Shown: piece by piece, positions 11,035 through 24,804 of the stretch
Layout: each line of letters begins with the position of its first letter
How positions within the stretch are numbered: the stretch's first letter is position 1
Source: Malacoraja senta
Lineage: Eukaryota
DNA length: 64,000 bases
Direction: 5' to 3'
Assembly (NCBI GenBank): GCA_038087875.1
Contig: CM075977.1
Location: forward strand, 271,188,001-271,252,000
The notes under the pieces: model-generated
Told to the model about the DNA's origin: nothing
Seen by the model: only the letters and a program-made list of their open reading frames with translations
Database searches by the model: none
Translations under genes and position numbers: made by a program

Positions 11035-13270
11035 ATTATTTTCAAGAGATACTCATCTAACAATATGAGACGTTTACTCAACATAATGCACTCACACAAA
11101 TCTGAAGAACAAGAATTATCAATTATTTCGCTGGATGCTGAAAAAGCATTTGACCAAGTAGAATGGAATTATATGGATAAAGTATTACAAAAATTCCAAC
11201 TGGGAGAGAATTTTATTCTATGGATTAAATGATTATATAATAAACCTACAGCTAGAATATTAACTAATAACATATTATCCTCAAAATTCCAACTATCAAG
11301 GGGAAATAGGCAAGGATGCTCATTATCACCACAGATGTTTGCTCTCATTATTGAACCGCTAGCAGAAAAAATTAGAATACACCCTGATATCCATGGGTAT
11401 AATACTAAAGATTCATATAATAAAATATCTTTATACGTGGATGATATATTACTGTACATTACAAAACCTCAAATCACTATACCAAATATATTAAATTGAA
11501 GACTTTGGATCTTTTTCTGGATATAGAATAAATTGGAATAAAAGTGAAATTATGTCAATAAAACCGAAAGATTCAACACATCTTTTAAAATTCCCTTTTA
11601 AAATAGCTACAGAAAAATTTAAATACTTGGGAATCGAAATTACTAGAACATATCAAGGTATGTTTAAGGCAAATTTTGATCCCCTACTTAATAAATTAAA
11701 CACACTAATTAAATTCTGGAAAACGCTCCCGATGTCTTTAATAGGCCGAATAAATGCAATAAAAATGATCTTTCTACCACAAATTTTATACCTATTTCAA
11801 TCGATTCCTATATACTTACCAAAGAAGTTTTTTTTTAAACTGCTCAGATATCACTAATTTTATTTGGGACTATAAATCACATAGAATACAAAAAACTCAC
11901 TTGAATAAATCTAAAGTATTAGGGGGGTTAGCACTACCTAATTTCATGTATTATTATTGGTCAGTAAATATTAAAAATATGATTCAACTGATGGATAACT
12001 CCGCCCAGCAAGTGGACTGGATTGTAATGGAGAAAGAGGATTGCTCTGGAAACATTGGAGCGATCCTCCTCTCACCAATGAAACTGAATAATATAAATTA
12101 TAATAAGAACCCAATTATTCATAGCACAATCCGAATTTGGAAACAAATAAAACAAAATTTAAAATTAAGAAATTTATCACTTTTATCACCCATAGTTAAT
12201 AACCCTTCGTTTAATCCCTCTATTATAGATACATCTTTTACACATTGGGATAGACTAGGAATTAAAATGTTCAGTGACTTGTATGAAACTGGAAAATTAC
12301 TTTCATTTCAACAATTACAAATAAAATATAAACTCGGAAATAATCAATATTTTAAATATTTTCAAATATGCGACTATTTGAAAAAATATACAAAAGATCA
12401 TTATAATAGCCCAGCAGATGTATTGGATGAGGCAATGCAGATAAAAGCTGAATCAGCAAACTTAATATTATATTTGTATAATATTATCTTAAATGTAGAA
12501 ATACCATCTATGGAGGGTATCAGAAGAGACTGGGAACAAGAGTTAGCTATTAAAATTTCAAAGGAAAGTTGGAATGAACACTTATTAAACGTGCATAAAT
12601 GTTCGATTAATGTAAGACACACTTTAATACAATTTAAAATTTTACATAGATTATATTATTCCCAAACTAAAATCCATTAAATTTTCCCAAATGTATCATC
12701 CATTTGTGATAAATGTCAATCCCAAGAAGCTACTATAGCGCACTCATTTGTTTTCTGTACAAAAATTCAAAAATTTTGGAATGAAATTTTCGAAATCTTT
12801 ACATAATTATTTAAAATAAAACTGATACCCAAAGCAGAATGGATTATCTTCGGAATAACGGAAGATGGTCCAGAACTAAATGTGTTTCAAAAGAAACTAA
12901 TAGACTATGGGTTAATAACTGGAAAAAAGCTAATCCTAAAATTTTGGAAGAAGGCTCCAATACCAACTATAAACATGTGGATTTCAAATATGTTCGAAAC
13001 ATTACTCCTAGAAGAGATAAGACTCCTCCTGGCAGGTAAACCAGATCACTTCCACCTGACGTGGTCTGCATTTATAGAATTATTACAAATATAGGGTGCA
13101 AAGGTAGCTTAAAAAAAATTGAGGTCAGGTAATGGGGGATGATGGAGAGTTGGTATGTCCCATTTGCGTAATGCTCATAAAAACTATTTGTTTCTTTCTT
13201 TTTCCTCTTTCTCTTTCTCCTTCTTTTCTAGGGTCTATTTCTTAACTCTTTCTCTTTTGTTTTTAATTTT
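11035..13270 (+). mobile_element. L1-clade LINE ORF2 (RT to C-terminal zinc knuckle), 5'-truncated and decayed
   Basis: SLDAEKAFDQVEW, RQGCSLSP, LYVDDILLY, FKYLGI, GRINAIKM..LPQILY, GGLALPNF, CDKC...AHSFVFC; pyrimidine-rich 3'UTR; stops and frameshifts. Confidence 0.93.
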
Positions 13271-13684
13271 GTTCCTATAAGGTCTTCATCAAATACTTCA
13301 GGCAAATGCTGTTTTTGGTTAAAATAATTAGCCTTCTGTGTAGTGTACTAATGGAATAGCGCCAAAGAGTGGAACTTCAAAATGAAAACTCTCTCATGCT
13401 AAGCAGCATCTTTAATCCTACTTGAAATTTTGGTCTGATGGTTCAAATCTACTCCTTGGAATTCAAGATATGAACAACAAGAAACAAAAAACGACTGTAA
13501 ATTGTATGTGAAGGCAAGAGGTATTGAATGGAGTAATGCATTTGCACAAGTCCAATGAATTGGATGGTCACTTTCTGTGATAAAATTTAGAAGATCCAAT
13601 CAGTATGCAAAGAGCAAGAAATAATTCAAGGAAAGAATGGGTCTATGAAAACTAGAAAGACAGCCCACGTGTAGAAACTGTGGA

Positions 13685-13822
13685 ATAAAAAGTAACTGCA
13701 GATGCTGGTTTATACCAAAAATCTTCTGGTGTGAAGAAGGGTCCCATCCCGAAACATCGCCTATCCATTTTCTCCAGAGATGCTGCCTGACCCACTGCAT
13801 TACTCCAGCATTTGTGTCTATC
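13685..13822. mobile_element. Short Penelope-derived fold-back insertion
   Basis: aactgcagatgctggttt (antisense tail) followed by sense gaagaagggt...cccgaaac...gtgtctatc. Confidence 0.75.
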
Positions 13823-13892
13823 TTTTGAAGAGGTGATGGATGTGGGTAAGATTCTTAATTACATTTTTGCAGGTGTTAAAAGGGATAAATCA

Positions 13893-14170
13893 TCAGAACA
13901 GTTTCTTCCCAGCTGTTATCAGGCAACCGAATCATTCTAACACAACCAGAGAGCAGTGACTGTCTGCATCTTTGATGTTTTCTTTGACTGACTTTGACTG
14001 GACATTGCTAGCTTTATCTTGCACTGAACGTTATTCCCTTATCATGTTTCTATACACTGTAAATGGATTGATTGTAATCATGTATTGTCTTTCTGTTGAC
14101 TGGTTAGCATGCAACAAAAAAGCTTTTCACTGTACCTCGGTAAACGTAACAATAAACTGAATTGAATTGA
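13893..14170 (+). mobile_element. Rex1/Babar-like LINE 3' end
   Basis: aacagtttcttcccagctgttatcagg...gcttttcactgtacctcgg...caataaactga; complementary to the 3' end of the 48302-49497 element. Confidence 0.75.
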
Positions 14171-14792
14171 ATGGGATGAAATATATTCCTCCATTGACTC
14201 CACCTTCACTTCATGCTAACTCAGAAAGCAACCAACATAATTAAGGACCACTCTGTCAATCTCGGTTCTTTCCTCTCCTGTCAAGTAGAAGGTACAAAAG
14301 CTTGAAAGCACGTACCACCCGATTCAAGAATAACTTCTCCCTCATTCTTATCAGACTCTCATATGCAAGGAATGAATTCACAATGTTCCAATCTATCTCG
14401 TTGGGGCCAATGCACTGTTTATTATCAGCACTTTCTCTGTAGCTGTAATACTATATTCTCCACTTTTTTTTTTCTCATTTTGCATTACCTGATGTAGTTG
14501 TGGATAGTATGATTTTCCTGGATAGCAGGTCCCGGCCAGATACTGTATTTGACACCAGTCATGCCTCAACTTGAACACAGCATACAGTTCTCTTATTCTT
14601 CTTAGTCATTTCCTCTGGTCAGGGTTGACTTGCTTCTTTGTGTTCGATGGTAACAAATGAGGCCTATGTGGGAATTGCAGACTCCTGAAAAGATGAGGCA
14701 GGATGCTCCAGGTGGCAGGGGCAGTGGCAGTGGATAGTTAGAGGGGTGGTGTGCTCCTTCTGTCATTTATACCTGGTTTTGTGTGTGGGAAT

Positions 14793-15107
14793 GGCGGCAC
14801 GGTGGCGCAGCGGTAGAGTTGCTGCCTTACAGCGCTTGCAGCGTCGGAGACCCGGGTTCGATCCTGACTACAGGTGCTGTCTGTATGGAGTTTGTACGTT
14901 CTCCCGGTGACCTGCGTGGTTTTCCCCCGAGATCTTCGTTTTCCTCCTACACTCCAAAGACATACAGGTTTGTAGGTTAAGTGGCTTGGTATAAATGTAA
15001 ATTGTCCCTAGTGTGTGCAGGATATTGTTAGTGTGCGGGGATCGCTGGTCGGTGCTGACTCGGTGGGCCGAAGGGCTTGTTTCCACGCTGTATCTCTAAA
15101 ACTAAAA
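14793..15107 (+). mobile_element. tRNA-derived SINE (HE1/V-SINE-like)
   Basis: A-box tggcgcagcgg, B-box ggttcgatcc, conserved core, CR1-like tail gggccgaagggc..gtttccacgctgtatctctaaa. Confidence 0.88.
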
Positions 15108-15169
15108 AATATGTATATAATTCCCTGAGTCATGCTGAATGCTCCTCCTCTACTTTGAGTGGTCGTGGG

Positions 15170-15535
15170 CCAGTGATTCTCCAGCGTCAGCGGGGATTTT
15201 GCACTTTTTGAAGGAGGCGAGAACATCCTTGAATCTTTTCCTCAGTCTTCCTGAACTTGTAATAGAGTGTCAGTAATGTGAGTCTGGTGCCAGCCATGCA
15301 AATGGTGTGGACTGCACAATAGAGATGGCTGGGTGTAGTTGGAGCTTCAATGCTGGCGATGTCAGCCTGTTGTTGGTCTCCTTATATTTTCAGTGGATTT
15401 GGATGGTTTTGTGGAGACAGCATTTTGCTGGTATCACTCCAGTACCTTGAGGTGCCTGCTGCAATCAGTACATGTCATAGAGCATAGCTAAGTCAGAAAG
15501 ATGGTAGTGATCATTGCTGCCAGGTGGACCATGGT
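15170..15535 (-). mobile_element. Old RTE-like LINE fragment
   Basis: Degenerate complement of an RTE ORF C-terminal region; related + strand remnant at about 16290-16380 (LEN..H.PY.GS.LS..ADI.DEI). Confidence 0.4.
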
Positions 15536-15832
15536 ACAATGGCATGTACACATAATCTTACATGATCGGTCTATAAGTAATAATTCTCAGTGGTGCCCCA
15601 ACAATCCTTTCAGTTTACCTTGCCATACATAGTGCCTCACCTCCATCCAGCTCCCAGCTGGAGTGGACCTAGATCTGCCTTATAATGCGGTGACCAAAAC
15701 TATACATGAACACACTGAAGGTGTGATGAGTTTCATCAGGAATTAATCTACAGGACAAATAAACTGTTCAATCTACACGACCTCCACTCCAGAACCCAAG
15801 CTTAGTAGTCAGTCTGTTTTTGCACAATTGCC

Positions 15833-16154
15833 GGTCACGGTGGCACAGCAGTAGAGTTGCTGCCTTACAGCGAATGCAGCGCCAGAGACCCGGGTTCGAT
15901 CCTGACTAAGGGTGCTGTCAGTATGACGTTTGTACATTCTCCCTGTGACCAGCGTGGGTTTACTCCGAGATCTTCGGTTTCCTCCCACATTCCAAAGACG
16001 TACAGGTTTGTAGGTTAATTGTCTTGGTAAATGCAAAAATTGTCCCTCGAGGGTGTAGGATTGTGTTAATGTGTGGGGATCGCTGGTCGGCACGGACCCG
16101 GTGGGCCGAAGGGCCTGTTTCCACGCTGTATCTCTAAACCAAACTAAACTAAAC
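15833..16154 (+). mobile_element. tRNA-derived SINE (HE1/V-SINE-like)
   Basis: Full-length paralog of the 14793 copy; (aaact)n tail. Confidence 0.9.
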
Positions 16155-16725
16155 TGTAGAGAAGCTCCGGGTCATCTTCCTCTCATTTACTGAGGGATGG
16201 GCTGATACTCAACATCTAGAAAGCAAAAGTCCTTCATTCGACCTTATTCCCCAGTGTATATCAACACCCCCCAAAAAACAGAGCTTTGCAGTGAGAGCTT
16301 GGAAAACATGGTGCACTCCCCATATCCTGGGAGCCACTCTCAGTGAGGGCGGACATCAATGATGAAATTCATCACACCATCAGTGTTTTTGTCACCACAT
16401 TACAAGGCAGATGTGATTGCACTGATTGCCAGATCTGTAAGATTGTGGCTCTGAGGATAGTTTAGGTCAATGAAACAGAGAAGGCTAAGTGGAGAATTAA
16501 TTGAGATGTATTAAACAGTGGGGAAATGAGAAAGGGTGGGGGCGAACAATTCCTCCATGTAGAATGATCAGGGGGGTTTTAAGAAAAATAAACCTTCACC
16601 TGGAAGATGTTGTGGTCTGGAACTCAATTGTGCAAAAATCTGTGGAGACCAGAATCCACCTCTCATTAAACAGTATTTGGAAGTATACTTGAAGAGCCAT
16701 CAGCCACAAAGATGCATTTAATGCT

Positions 16726-16880
16726 TCTTCTTCTTCTTCTTCTTCTTCTTGCATATGACATGCACAGCCTAAAGTTGTAGGACAACTTGTTCTATTTGAT
16801 CTTATTTGATTGTGCACGCCGGGTTGATTGCATTCACCGAAACAGGGCAGACCACGTGAAGGTTGCAATCTTCCACCCTA
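16726..16880 (-). mobile_element. Short retroposed element with (GAA)n tail (RTE-type 3' end or RTE-mobilised SINE)
   Basis: (ttc)n tract at the left end; 10-bp TSD atttaatgct 16716-16725 / 16881-16890. Confidence 0.7.
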
Positions 16881-18071
16881 ATTTAATGCTGAAATATTGA
16901 AATTGGCAGGGATGTAATGGGCAGTATGGCCTCATCCTGTGCTGTAAATTTTCTGTCATTTTATGAAGATTTTATGTTATTTGCAGGAAGTCATGTAAAT
17001 CATTTGGACATGTATAGCTTTTCAACACTGAAATATTGTCTTTTTTTCCCATTTGTTTTAAAGTTTTGTGCCTAATCCATCACAAAATAGAGAGGTCTTG
17101 CATAGAGAAAGTAATGGCTGTGAAAGTATTTAGCTAAATGCCAAGTATTTGGATCTACTATTGTACTCTACACCTGTTGAAATCAATCTTTCTGAGACCA
17201 TAAAATCCAATGATGGGATTACTTCACAGAAGCAGTGAAATAATTTTCTAAAGGTCAGAGAGTTACTGTACAGGCTGCTTGGTAATGCACCACGGGCCTC
17301 GTCCAAAACAGCCAAGGGCACAGCTCTATATACTGTACCTGAAACCATGCCTTTGTTCTCTTTCAAAGGGGGGCATTAGAGGCCTAGGAATCATTTCAGC
17401 AGTTTCAAACATTAATCAACTATGACATTGAAAATGCTGTCACTACATCAGCCCACCCGCTAAAGGATTGTGTCTGATCAGTTCTTCAAAAGCAAAGTAG
17501 CTGGAGCTTAATATTAATGGACATTTTGTGCAGTTGAAGCATACTTCACTTTAGGTTTTAATGCTAAGCATAAAGTAGGTAAGATAGAACAAGGGGTTTG
17601 AGTTGTTAATTTTGACTTTTTAACTACTTTGTCAGAAGCTTGGTCTAAGGTTCCCATTAAACCAAGACAAACATCATCTATACAGTTTAAAGTAAAACAA
17701 CATTTTGCAGCTGCAACAAGATTATTCCACAGTTATGTTTTGGGGCTCTTGAGGCAATTTTTAAATTGTTGATATTATTCTTCCCTAATATACTGTATGC
17801 CTTAAAATTTGTTAATTTTGTGTGCTTTTTCGAGTTATAAAACGTGCAATGCAGTGTGAAAATTGTTTTAATTGTACAGTTCAACATTGACTGGTGTAAA
17901 AGATAAAGGTTTCCACAAGTGATTATCAGTAAAAGAAAATGTGGGTTTATTATGCTCTACAGCGTTTTGCATTGTAACAATGTTAACTTGTTAACAGCTT
18001 GCAATTGACCCCATAATTAGACAGTATTAGGATTATAAAAATATCTCCCTTTTCCAGCTTTCTCCCCCTTA

Positions 18072-18852
18072 TGGGCCTGTCCCACTTAGGCAAATTTTTA
18101 GGCGACTGCAGGAGACTACGCAGTCACCACATGGTCGCCACATGATTGCAGGTGGTTGACGGGGTCGTGAGGAGTTCCCGCATTCTGGGAACTAGTCGTG
18201 GCTTCATTATGGTTGCCGCAAATTTTTCAACTTGTTGAAAAATTAGCGGCGACCAGAATGAAGCCGCCATGGAGAGTAGCGAGAATTCTTGTGCTGTAGG
18301 TGGGTCGCCAGGAGTTCGAAGGTTCTCGTAGGTTCTCGTAGGTTGTAGCCGGTGGTAACCGGTGAATTTCATTGGCTCATTGGGGGGAAAAAAACGTAAG
18401 CAGTAGTTTTTTGAACCAAGGATAACCGACCGGTAATGTTAAATGTCCACCGAGCTTCACAGCCGTGTATATCTGACTTCTTAAAAGTTGTCTCTCCCCC
18501 CTTCACCCCCCTTCACCCCCCTTCACCCCCCTTCTCCCCCTCTCCCCCCCTCCCCCCTCTTTTAAAGGACTTACCATACACTGTGCTTTAGCCGTCTTAA
18601 TTACAGCGCCAACCTTCCTGTTCATCACGGTGTGTGTCTGTATCACCTTGGCTTTGCACCCTGTGAATTTCTCTCAGACAGCGCTCCCCCTGTTTGCCCT
18701 GTCCCCCGCCTGCATAATGGGCTGGTGAAGTAAACGATGTGTGTGTATTCCACTGACAGTCGCCGTTCCAGTAGCCGGTTTTTCAGGCGACTGCCAGCAA
18801 CTTGACAGTCGCTGGCAGTCGCCTGAAAAATCGCCTAAGTGGGACAGGCCCA
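18072..18852. mobile_element. Non-autonomous PIF/Harbinger-type element (MITE)
   Basis: TIRs of about 38 bp tgggcctgtcccacttaggc...aggcgactgc; TTA TSD 18069-18071 / 18853-18855; internal (ccccccttca)n. Confidence 0.88.
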
Positions 18853-19413
18853 TTACTCCAAATGTTTGAGGAAAGATCATGGCCCAAAACATCATCTGTT
18901 CATTTCCCCCCAGTGATGCTATCTGATCTGCTGAGTTCCTCCAGCACTTTGTGATTTGAGTAAAACATATCCTATCAGTCTATCAGTATCTACAGAAGGA
19001 ATTGGAACTTTAAAGACTTTCTTTAGCCATGACCTTCTTGCAGCACATAATGTCAACATTTTTACTTGTATCAATGGAATTATAGATTTGTTTTACTTGC
19101 TGTACTGACAATACTTAAAACTGAAAAACAGAAACAATATTACACAAAGTTCCAAGATCAATTTAATGTACAAGTTACAGAAGACTAAACTCATAACTTT
19201 ACACATCTCATCCATTTCTGCCACATCTGTTATCAGTAAGCCTCAGTACTAATCATAAAATGTAGCTTGTAATTTACATGGAGTGAAGAAAGTGTTGCAG
19301 TTCGTGTAATTTAGCATTGAAGTCAGATACAGTATATGCAAATCCCAGGTTTAAGCAGCAATGCCTCGTAGCGTATACAACATTGAAAAGGAACTCCTGA
19401 CTATGATCATTAC

Positions 19414-19542
19414 TTGTTTAAGAAAGAACTGCGGATGCTGGAAAAATCAAAGGTAGAAAGGTCTCGACCTGAAACATCGCCAATTCCTTCTCTCCATAGA
19501 TGCTGCCTCACCCGCTGAGCTTCTCCAGCTTTTATTGTCTAC
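19414..19542. mobile_element. Short Penelope-derived fold-back insertion
   Basis: TSD cta(t/c)gatcattac 19401-19413 / 19543-19555. Confidence 0.8.
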
Positions 19543-19751
19543 CTACGATCATTACCTTTTCATTTCATCCTTTAGATGTGACCTAGTGACTGATTTTCTG
19601 TAACCCCATAGCCAAAATGCAGCCACATCGCCTTGAACTCTACAGACCTTCAGCTCACATTACTAATGTATCCTAGTGCATGATGCACTTTCTGTCATTT
19701 AATTTAAAATTCTTTAATTAAAACACAATCTTACCATTCCATTAACTAAAC

Positions 19752-21333
19752 TCACTCTACTCCTCCATCCCCCACCAGGATGGTCTCATAGCCCTCCGGT
19801 TCTTCCTCGACCGGAGAACCAACCAATACCCATCCAGTGATACTCTCCTCCGCCTAGCGGAGTTGGTCCTTACCTTCAATAACTTCTCGTTTAACTCCTC
19901 CCATTTCCTCCAAATACAAGGCGTAGCTATGGGCACGCGCATGGGTCCCAGCTTTGCCTGCCTCTTTGTAGGGTACGTCGAACAATCCTTGTTCGAGGCA
20001 TACCAGGGCCCCATCCCGACCTCTACCTCCGCTACATCGACGATTGCTTTGGTGCCACCTCCTGCACCCATACACAACTGACTGACTTCATCCGCTTCAC
20101 CACTAACTTCCGTCCGGCACTCAAATACACCTGGACCATTTCCGACACTTCCCTACCATTTCTTGACCTCAATATCTCCATCGCAGGTGATAGACTTCTG
20201 ACCAACATCCATTATAAACCCACTGACTCCCATGGCTATCTAGACTACACTTCTTCCCACCCTGCTTCCTGTAAGGACTCCATCCCCTACTCCCAATTCC
20301 TCCGTCTACGCCGCATCTGCTCCCAGGATGAGGTGTTCCACACCAGGGCATCGGAAATGTCCTAATTCTTCAGGGAACGGGGGTTCCCCTCCCCCACTAT
20401 AGATGTGGCTCTCACCAGGGTCTCTTCAATACCCCGTAACACTGCTCTCTGTCCCCATCCCCCCACTCGTAACAAGAGCAGAGTCCCCCTAGTCCTCACC
20501 TTCCACCCCACTAGCCGTCACATACAACAAATAGTCCTCCGTCATTTTCGCCACCTCCAACGTGACCCCACCACTCGCCACATCTTCCCATCTTCCCCCC
20601 TGTCTGCTTTCCGCAAAGACCGCTCCCTCCGTAACTCCCTGGTCAATTCTTCCCTTCCCTCCCACACCACCCCCTCCCCGGGCACTTTCCCTTGCAACCG
20701 CAAGAGATGCTACACTTGTCGCTTTACCTCCCCCCTCGACTCCATTCAAGGACCCAAGCAGTCGTTCCAGGTGTGACAGAGGTTCCCCTGCATCTCCTCC
20801 AACCTCATCTATTGCATCCGCTGCTCTAGATGTCAGCTGATCTACATTAGTGAGACCAAGCGTAGGCTTGGCGATCGTTTCGTTGAACACCTCCGCTCGG
20901 TCCGCATTAACCAACTTGATCTCCTGGTGGCTCAGCACTTCAACTCCCCCTCCCATTCCGAATCCGACCTTTCTGTCCTGGGCCTCCTCCATGGCCAGAG
21001 TGAGCACCACCGGAAATTGGAGGAGCAGCACCTCATATTCCGCTTGGGCAGTTTGCACCCTAGCGGCATAAACATTGACTTCTCCAAATTCCGGTAGCCC
21101 TTGCTGTCTCCTCCCCTTCTCAACTCTCCCTCATCCCTCTGGCATCTCCTCTTCCTTTCTCCTTTCTTCTCCCCGCCCCCACCCCCCCCCCAAACCCTGC
21201 ATCAGTCTGAAGAAGGGTTTTGGCCCGAAACATTGCCAATTTCCTTCGCTCCATAGATGCTGCTGCACCCGTTGAGTTTCTCCAGCACTTTTGTCTACCT
21301 TCGATTTTCCAGCATCTGCAGTTCCTTCTTAAA
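19752..21333 (+). mobile_element. Penelope-like retroelement (RT + GIY-YIG endonuclease), 5'-truncated
   Basis: LYSSIPHQDG, QIQGVAMGTRMGPSFACLF, RYIDD, RVPLVLTFHP, NLIYCIRCSRCQLIYISETKRRLGDRFVEH; few disabling mutations; terminal pLTR segment. Confidence 0.93.
21207..21234 (+). ncRNA. Hammerhead-like core in the Penelope pLTR (mutated)
   Basis: ctgaagaagggttttggcccgaaacatt; CpG-type change in the ACGT palindrome. Confidence 0.55.
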
Positions 21334-21600
21334 AACTAAATGTAATTCTTTTCCCTAGTGACAAAAAGCACTCACAAATTCGGCAGAGCCCAAAATTTAG
21401 TCTTGACTGAGAGGTGGGGTTTATATTTTTAATTTACTGTCCTTTAACTTAGAGGAGCTTTGGCTTTACAATTTTAAGACCACAGTCTCATTGCATTATG
21501 GCTGAATCCCATCTTCTACCATTTATAGTGTATGCAAATTCAAATGCAATTGCCCATGTCCTAACTCACACTAGATTCCACAAATTCATCAACCTGCTTG

Positions 21601-21733
21601 TGTGTAGGAAAAAAACTGCAGATGCTGGTTTACACCAAAGATAGACTCAAAATGCTGGAGTAGCTCAGCAGGACAGGCAGCATCTCTGGAGAGAAGGAAT
21701 GGGTGATGTTCGGGCTGAGACCCTTCTTCAGAT
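21601..21733 (-). mobile_element. Short Penelope-derived insertion
   Basis: Antisense pLTR ending at cccttcttcaga. Confidence 0.8.
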
Positions 21734-22659
21734 TGAACCTGTGCTCAATGACTTGCAATGATGTGCATTTAATCAATTTTCAAATTCTCATCCTTGTTTT
21801 GAAATCATTTCGTATGCCTCTCTCCTGGAAATTACCAAGCTGTCATGTGTTATGGGGAGAAGGCAGGAAAATGGGGTTAGGAGGGAGAGATGGATCAGCC
21901 ATGATTGAATGGCAGAGTAGACTTGATGGGCCGAATGGCCTAATTCTGCTCTTATTACTTATGACTACCCCACCAGAAAATCTGTACTCCTCCATTTGTG
22001 ACCTCTTGTACTTTCCAATTTTTGTTGCTTCACTATTGGCTATGAACCTTCAGTTGCCGAAGCCCTGAAATCAGAAATTGTCTCCTAAATCTTTTCAGAT
22101 TTCCATTCGTATTTCAGCCTTTAAGATTCTTCTTAAAACCCATCTCCTTGAGCAAACAACATGTTATTTGTCCTAAAAGCTCTCTGTGGTCCAGATATGA
22201 AATTTTATTTGATGACTCTCTTATGAAGTGTCTTGAAAAGCCTTTTAACATAAAATAAATGACATAAATGCAATTTGTTGATACTGATGTTCCACACGTT
22301 CATAATCATAACAATAATCATAATCATACTTCATTAGCCAAGTATGTTTTGCAACATACGAGGAAATTGATTTGCCATACAGTCATACCAATGAAAAGCA
22401 ATAGAACACACAAAATATATTTTAACATGAACATCCATCAAAGATTCTGTGGCTGAAACAAATTTTAAACACTTGGGCTTGTGTAATGCACACATTTTGG
22501 AGCCCATATCTGAGGAGGGATGTGCTGGCATTGGAGGGGGTCCAGAGGAGGTTTATGAGAATGATCCCAGGGATGATTGGGTTAATGTATGATGAGCTGA
22601 AGGTTAGAAAGTTACTGAATAGTGAAATGGAAATGAAGCCACCGCCTAACTGAGGGTGA

Positions 22660-23950
22660 GCCACCCTCAGGAATCACTGCAGTCCTTCTGTTGGCACATT
22701 CACAGTGCTGCTGAGTAGGGACTTCCAGCACTCACAGTCAGCATTGTATGTTTCCAAGTCAGAAAGGCGTGAGACTTGAAAGGTGAAAGTATTCCCATGT
22801 GCACCGTGAAAGTATTCCCATGAGTAATAGATATTGCATGTTTGGGATGTGTGGTTAGAGTGGTCTGGGTGAGTAACTGGGGTCCATTTTGTAGATGGTA
22901 CAAGCTGTAGCGTCTGCACACCGGTGGTGGAGCGAATGGATATTTCGGGAGATGACAGGGTGCCTGTCTAAAGGGCTGCTGAACTTGCTGATGCTGAACT
23001 TACTCATCCAGAGTGGTCCATCACTTGTGATATGTGCCCTTTATGGGTGTAAAAGCACTGGATATCAGGAGGTGAATCCATTGCTACAGGATACCCAGCC
23101 TTTAACCTGCTCTTCTCCTGCTCCTGATGCCCAGATATTTATTTTGAGTTGATAATAGTCCAGTTGCGTTTCTGGTCAATGCTGACCTCCAGGGTTTTGT
23201 TGATCGAGGATTAGACAAGAATAATGTCATTGAATATAAAGAGGAGGTGGTTGGGCCATCCCTTATTTGACAATGCCTGGTGCTTCTGAGGCATGTCTGT
23301 TTCATTCAGTCCTTTCCTGATTATTGCCCAGGTCTTTATGCTTGCATTTGCTGAGGAGTTGAAAATGAAAATGGGAATTGTGCAATCATCAGTGACCTTT
23401 TGATGGAAGGAACAATATTCCTGAAGGAGCTGAAATGTTTGGAACTAGGACACTACCCTGAGGAACTCATGATGGTGACCTGGAGCTGTAGTAATTGACC
23501 TTTAACAACATGGTGCCACCTATGACTCGAATAATTGGACTGTTTCCTCTTTAATACCCATTGATGACAGTTTCATCAAGGTTCATGGTGCATCACCTGG
23601 ACAAATTCTGCTTTAAAGGCAAGGGCATTCACGTCCATTGCACTTTGGATGCAGAGTGGCTTCTGTGTTGGCAGGGATTTTGGGGAATAAAAGCCAGGAT
23701 GGCATTTCTGGCTGAGTACGGATGTGAATGTTATAGCCTATTTATTTAGTACTCACACGCTGGGTCCCATCATCATTGAGGTTGGAGATTTTCGTGGATA
23801 CCCTCCTCTGTTTAATCTTCCACCACCATTCTGCGGAGCCTTGATCTGATCGTGTTTGTGACATCACCTAGCCCTGTCTAATGCATATTGTGTTTTGTTG
23901 TTTTGTTCGCAAGTTGGGAATGTTGCACATTGCAGCTTCACTAGGCAGGT
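22660..23950 (-). mobile_element. Very old CR1/L2-like LINE remnant
   Basis: Degenerate complement of PQGSVL (ctaggacactaccctgaggaact, about 23446-23468); similar remnants at about 30.7-32.3 kb (+) and 35.4-36.2 kb (-). Confidence 0.4.
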
Positions 23951-23964
23951 ACCTTAACCTCTAT

Positions 23965-24580
23965 AAGATATTTGCTGATGATATACAGACAGCTGGATTA
24001 GCAAGATACATGGAGAATGCAAAGAACCTGCAAAGAGATAGGTTATGTGGCTGATGCAGTGTGATGTGGAAATATGTGAGGTTATCCACTTTGGAAGGAT
24101 GAATGCAAAAAAAGTGTATTATTTAAATTAATCTCCAAACATCCATGGAATCTAAAAAAATAGCATTCAGGTAATGCAAGGAATTAGGAAGACAGTGCTT
24201 TAATGCAAAGGGTATAAAGTTTTAAAAATAGGGACATTTTGATGTAACTTTACAGGTGTTGGTGAGATCACAGCTGGAGGACTGAGTTCAATTTTTGCTT
24301 TCCATTTTTAAAGAATGATATACTTGCCTTGGAAGGAAACCACAGGGAAAATACAATGGGCTGGTTCCTGGGACTACAGGTTTGATGTATGAAGAAGGGT
24401 TGAGAAGATTATGTCTTAAATCTTTGGTGCATAGAGGTGATCTAATTGAAATAAATAAGACTATGAGATTGATTGACCGAATGGGTGTTGACATGTTTTC
24501 ACTTGACAGGTAATCAAGAACTGAGGGGCATTGTTTTAAAATAAGAGATATCCATATAAGGGATAAATGAGAAGAATATC
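23965..24580 (+). mobile_element. Old CR1 LINE fragment
   Basis: tttgctgatgata, tgtgaggttatccactttgg, ggtgagatcacagctggag, ggtgatctaattgaa motifs. Confidence 0.7.
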
Positions 24581-24804
24581 TTCTCTCAGGGGGAGAGGGA
24601 GAGAGAGAGAGAGATGTTTCCACACTATCACTATGACTATGAGATTAGCTTTGAACTGATTTGACGAAAGAGGATTTTGCTGAATTACATGTTGGATTTC
24701 AGTGACGTAACATAGTATTGTATCCACCAAAAGAGGAAACTTTTTGCTATATTTCTTTTTAGGGAAAAGCTCCTCAGTCTAGGCTTTGCTAACAGGTGTA
24801 TTTT

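Noticed and set aside
9673-13270. Single L1 with twin-priming inversion
   Set aside because: Both pieces contain the same C-terminal region in divergent versions, and the left piece has its own TSD.
14793-14870. tRNA gene
   Set aside because: A/B boxes continue into SINE core and tail, and there are multiple copies.
20489-21058. 189-aa minus-strand ORF
   Set aside because: Antisense shadow of the Penelope coding region.
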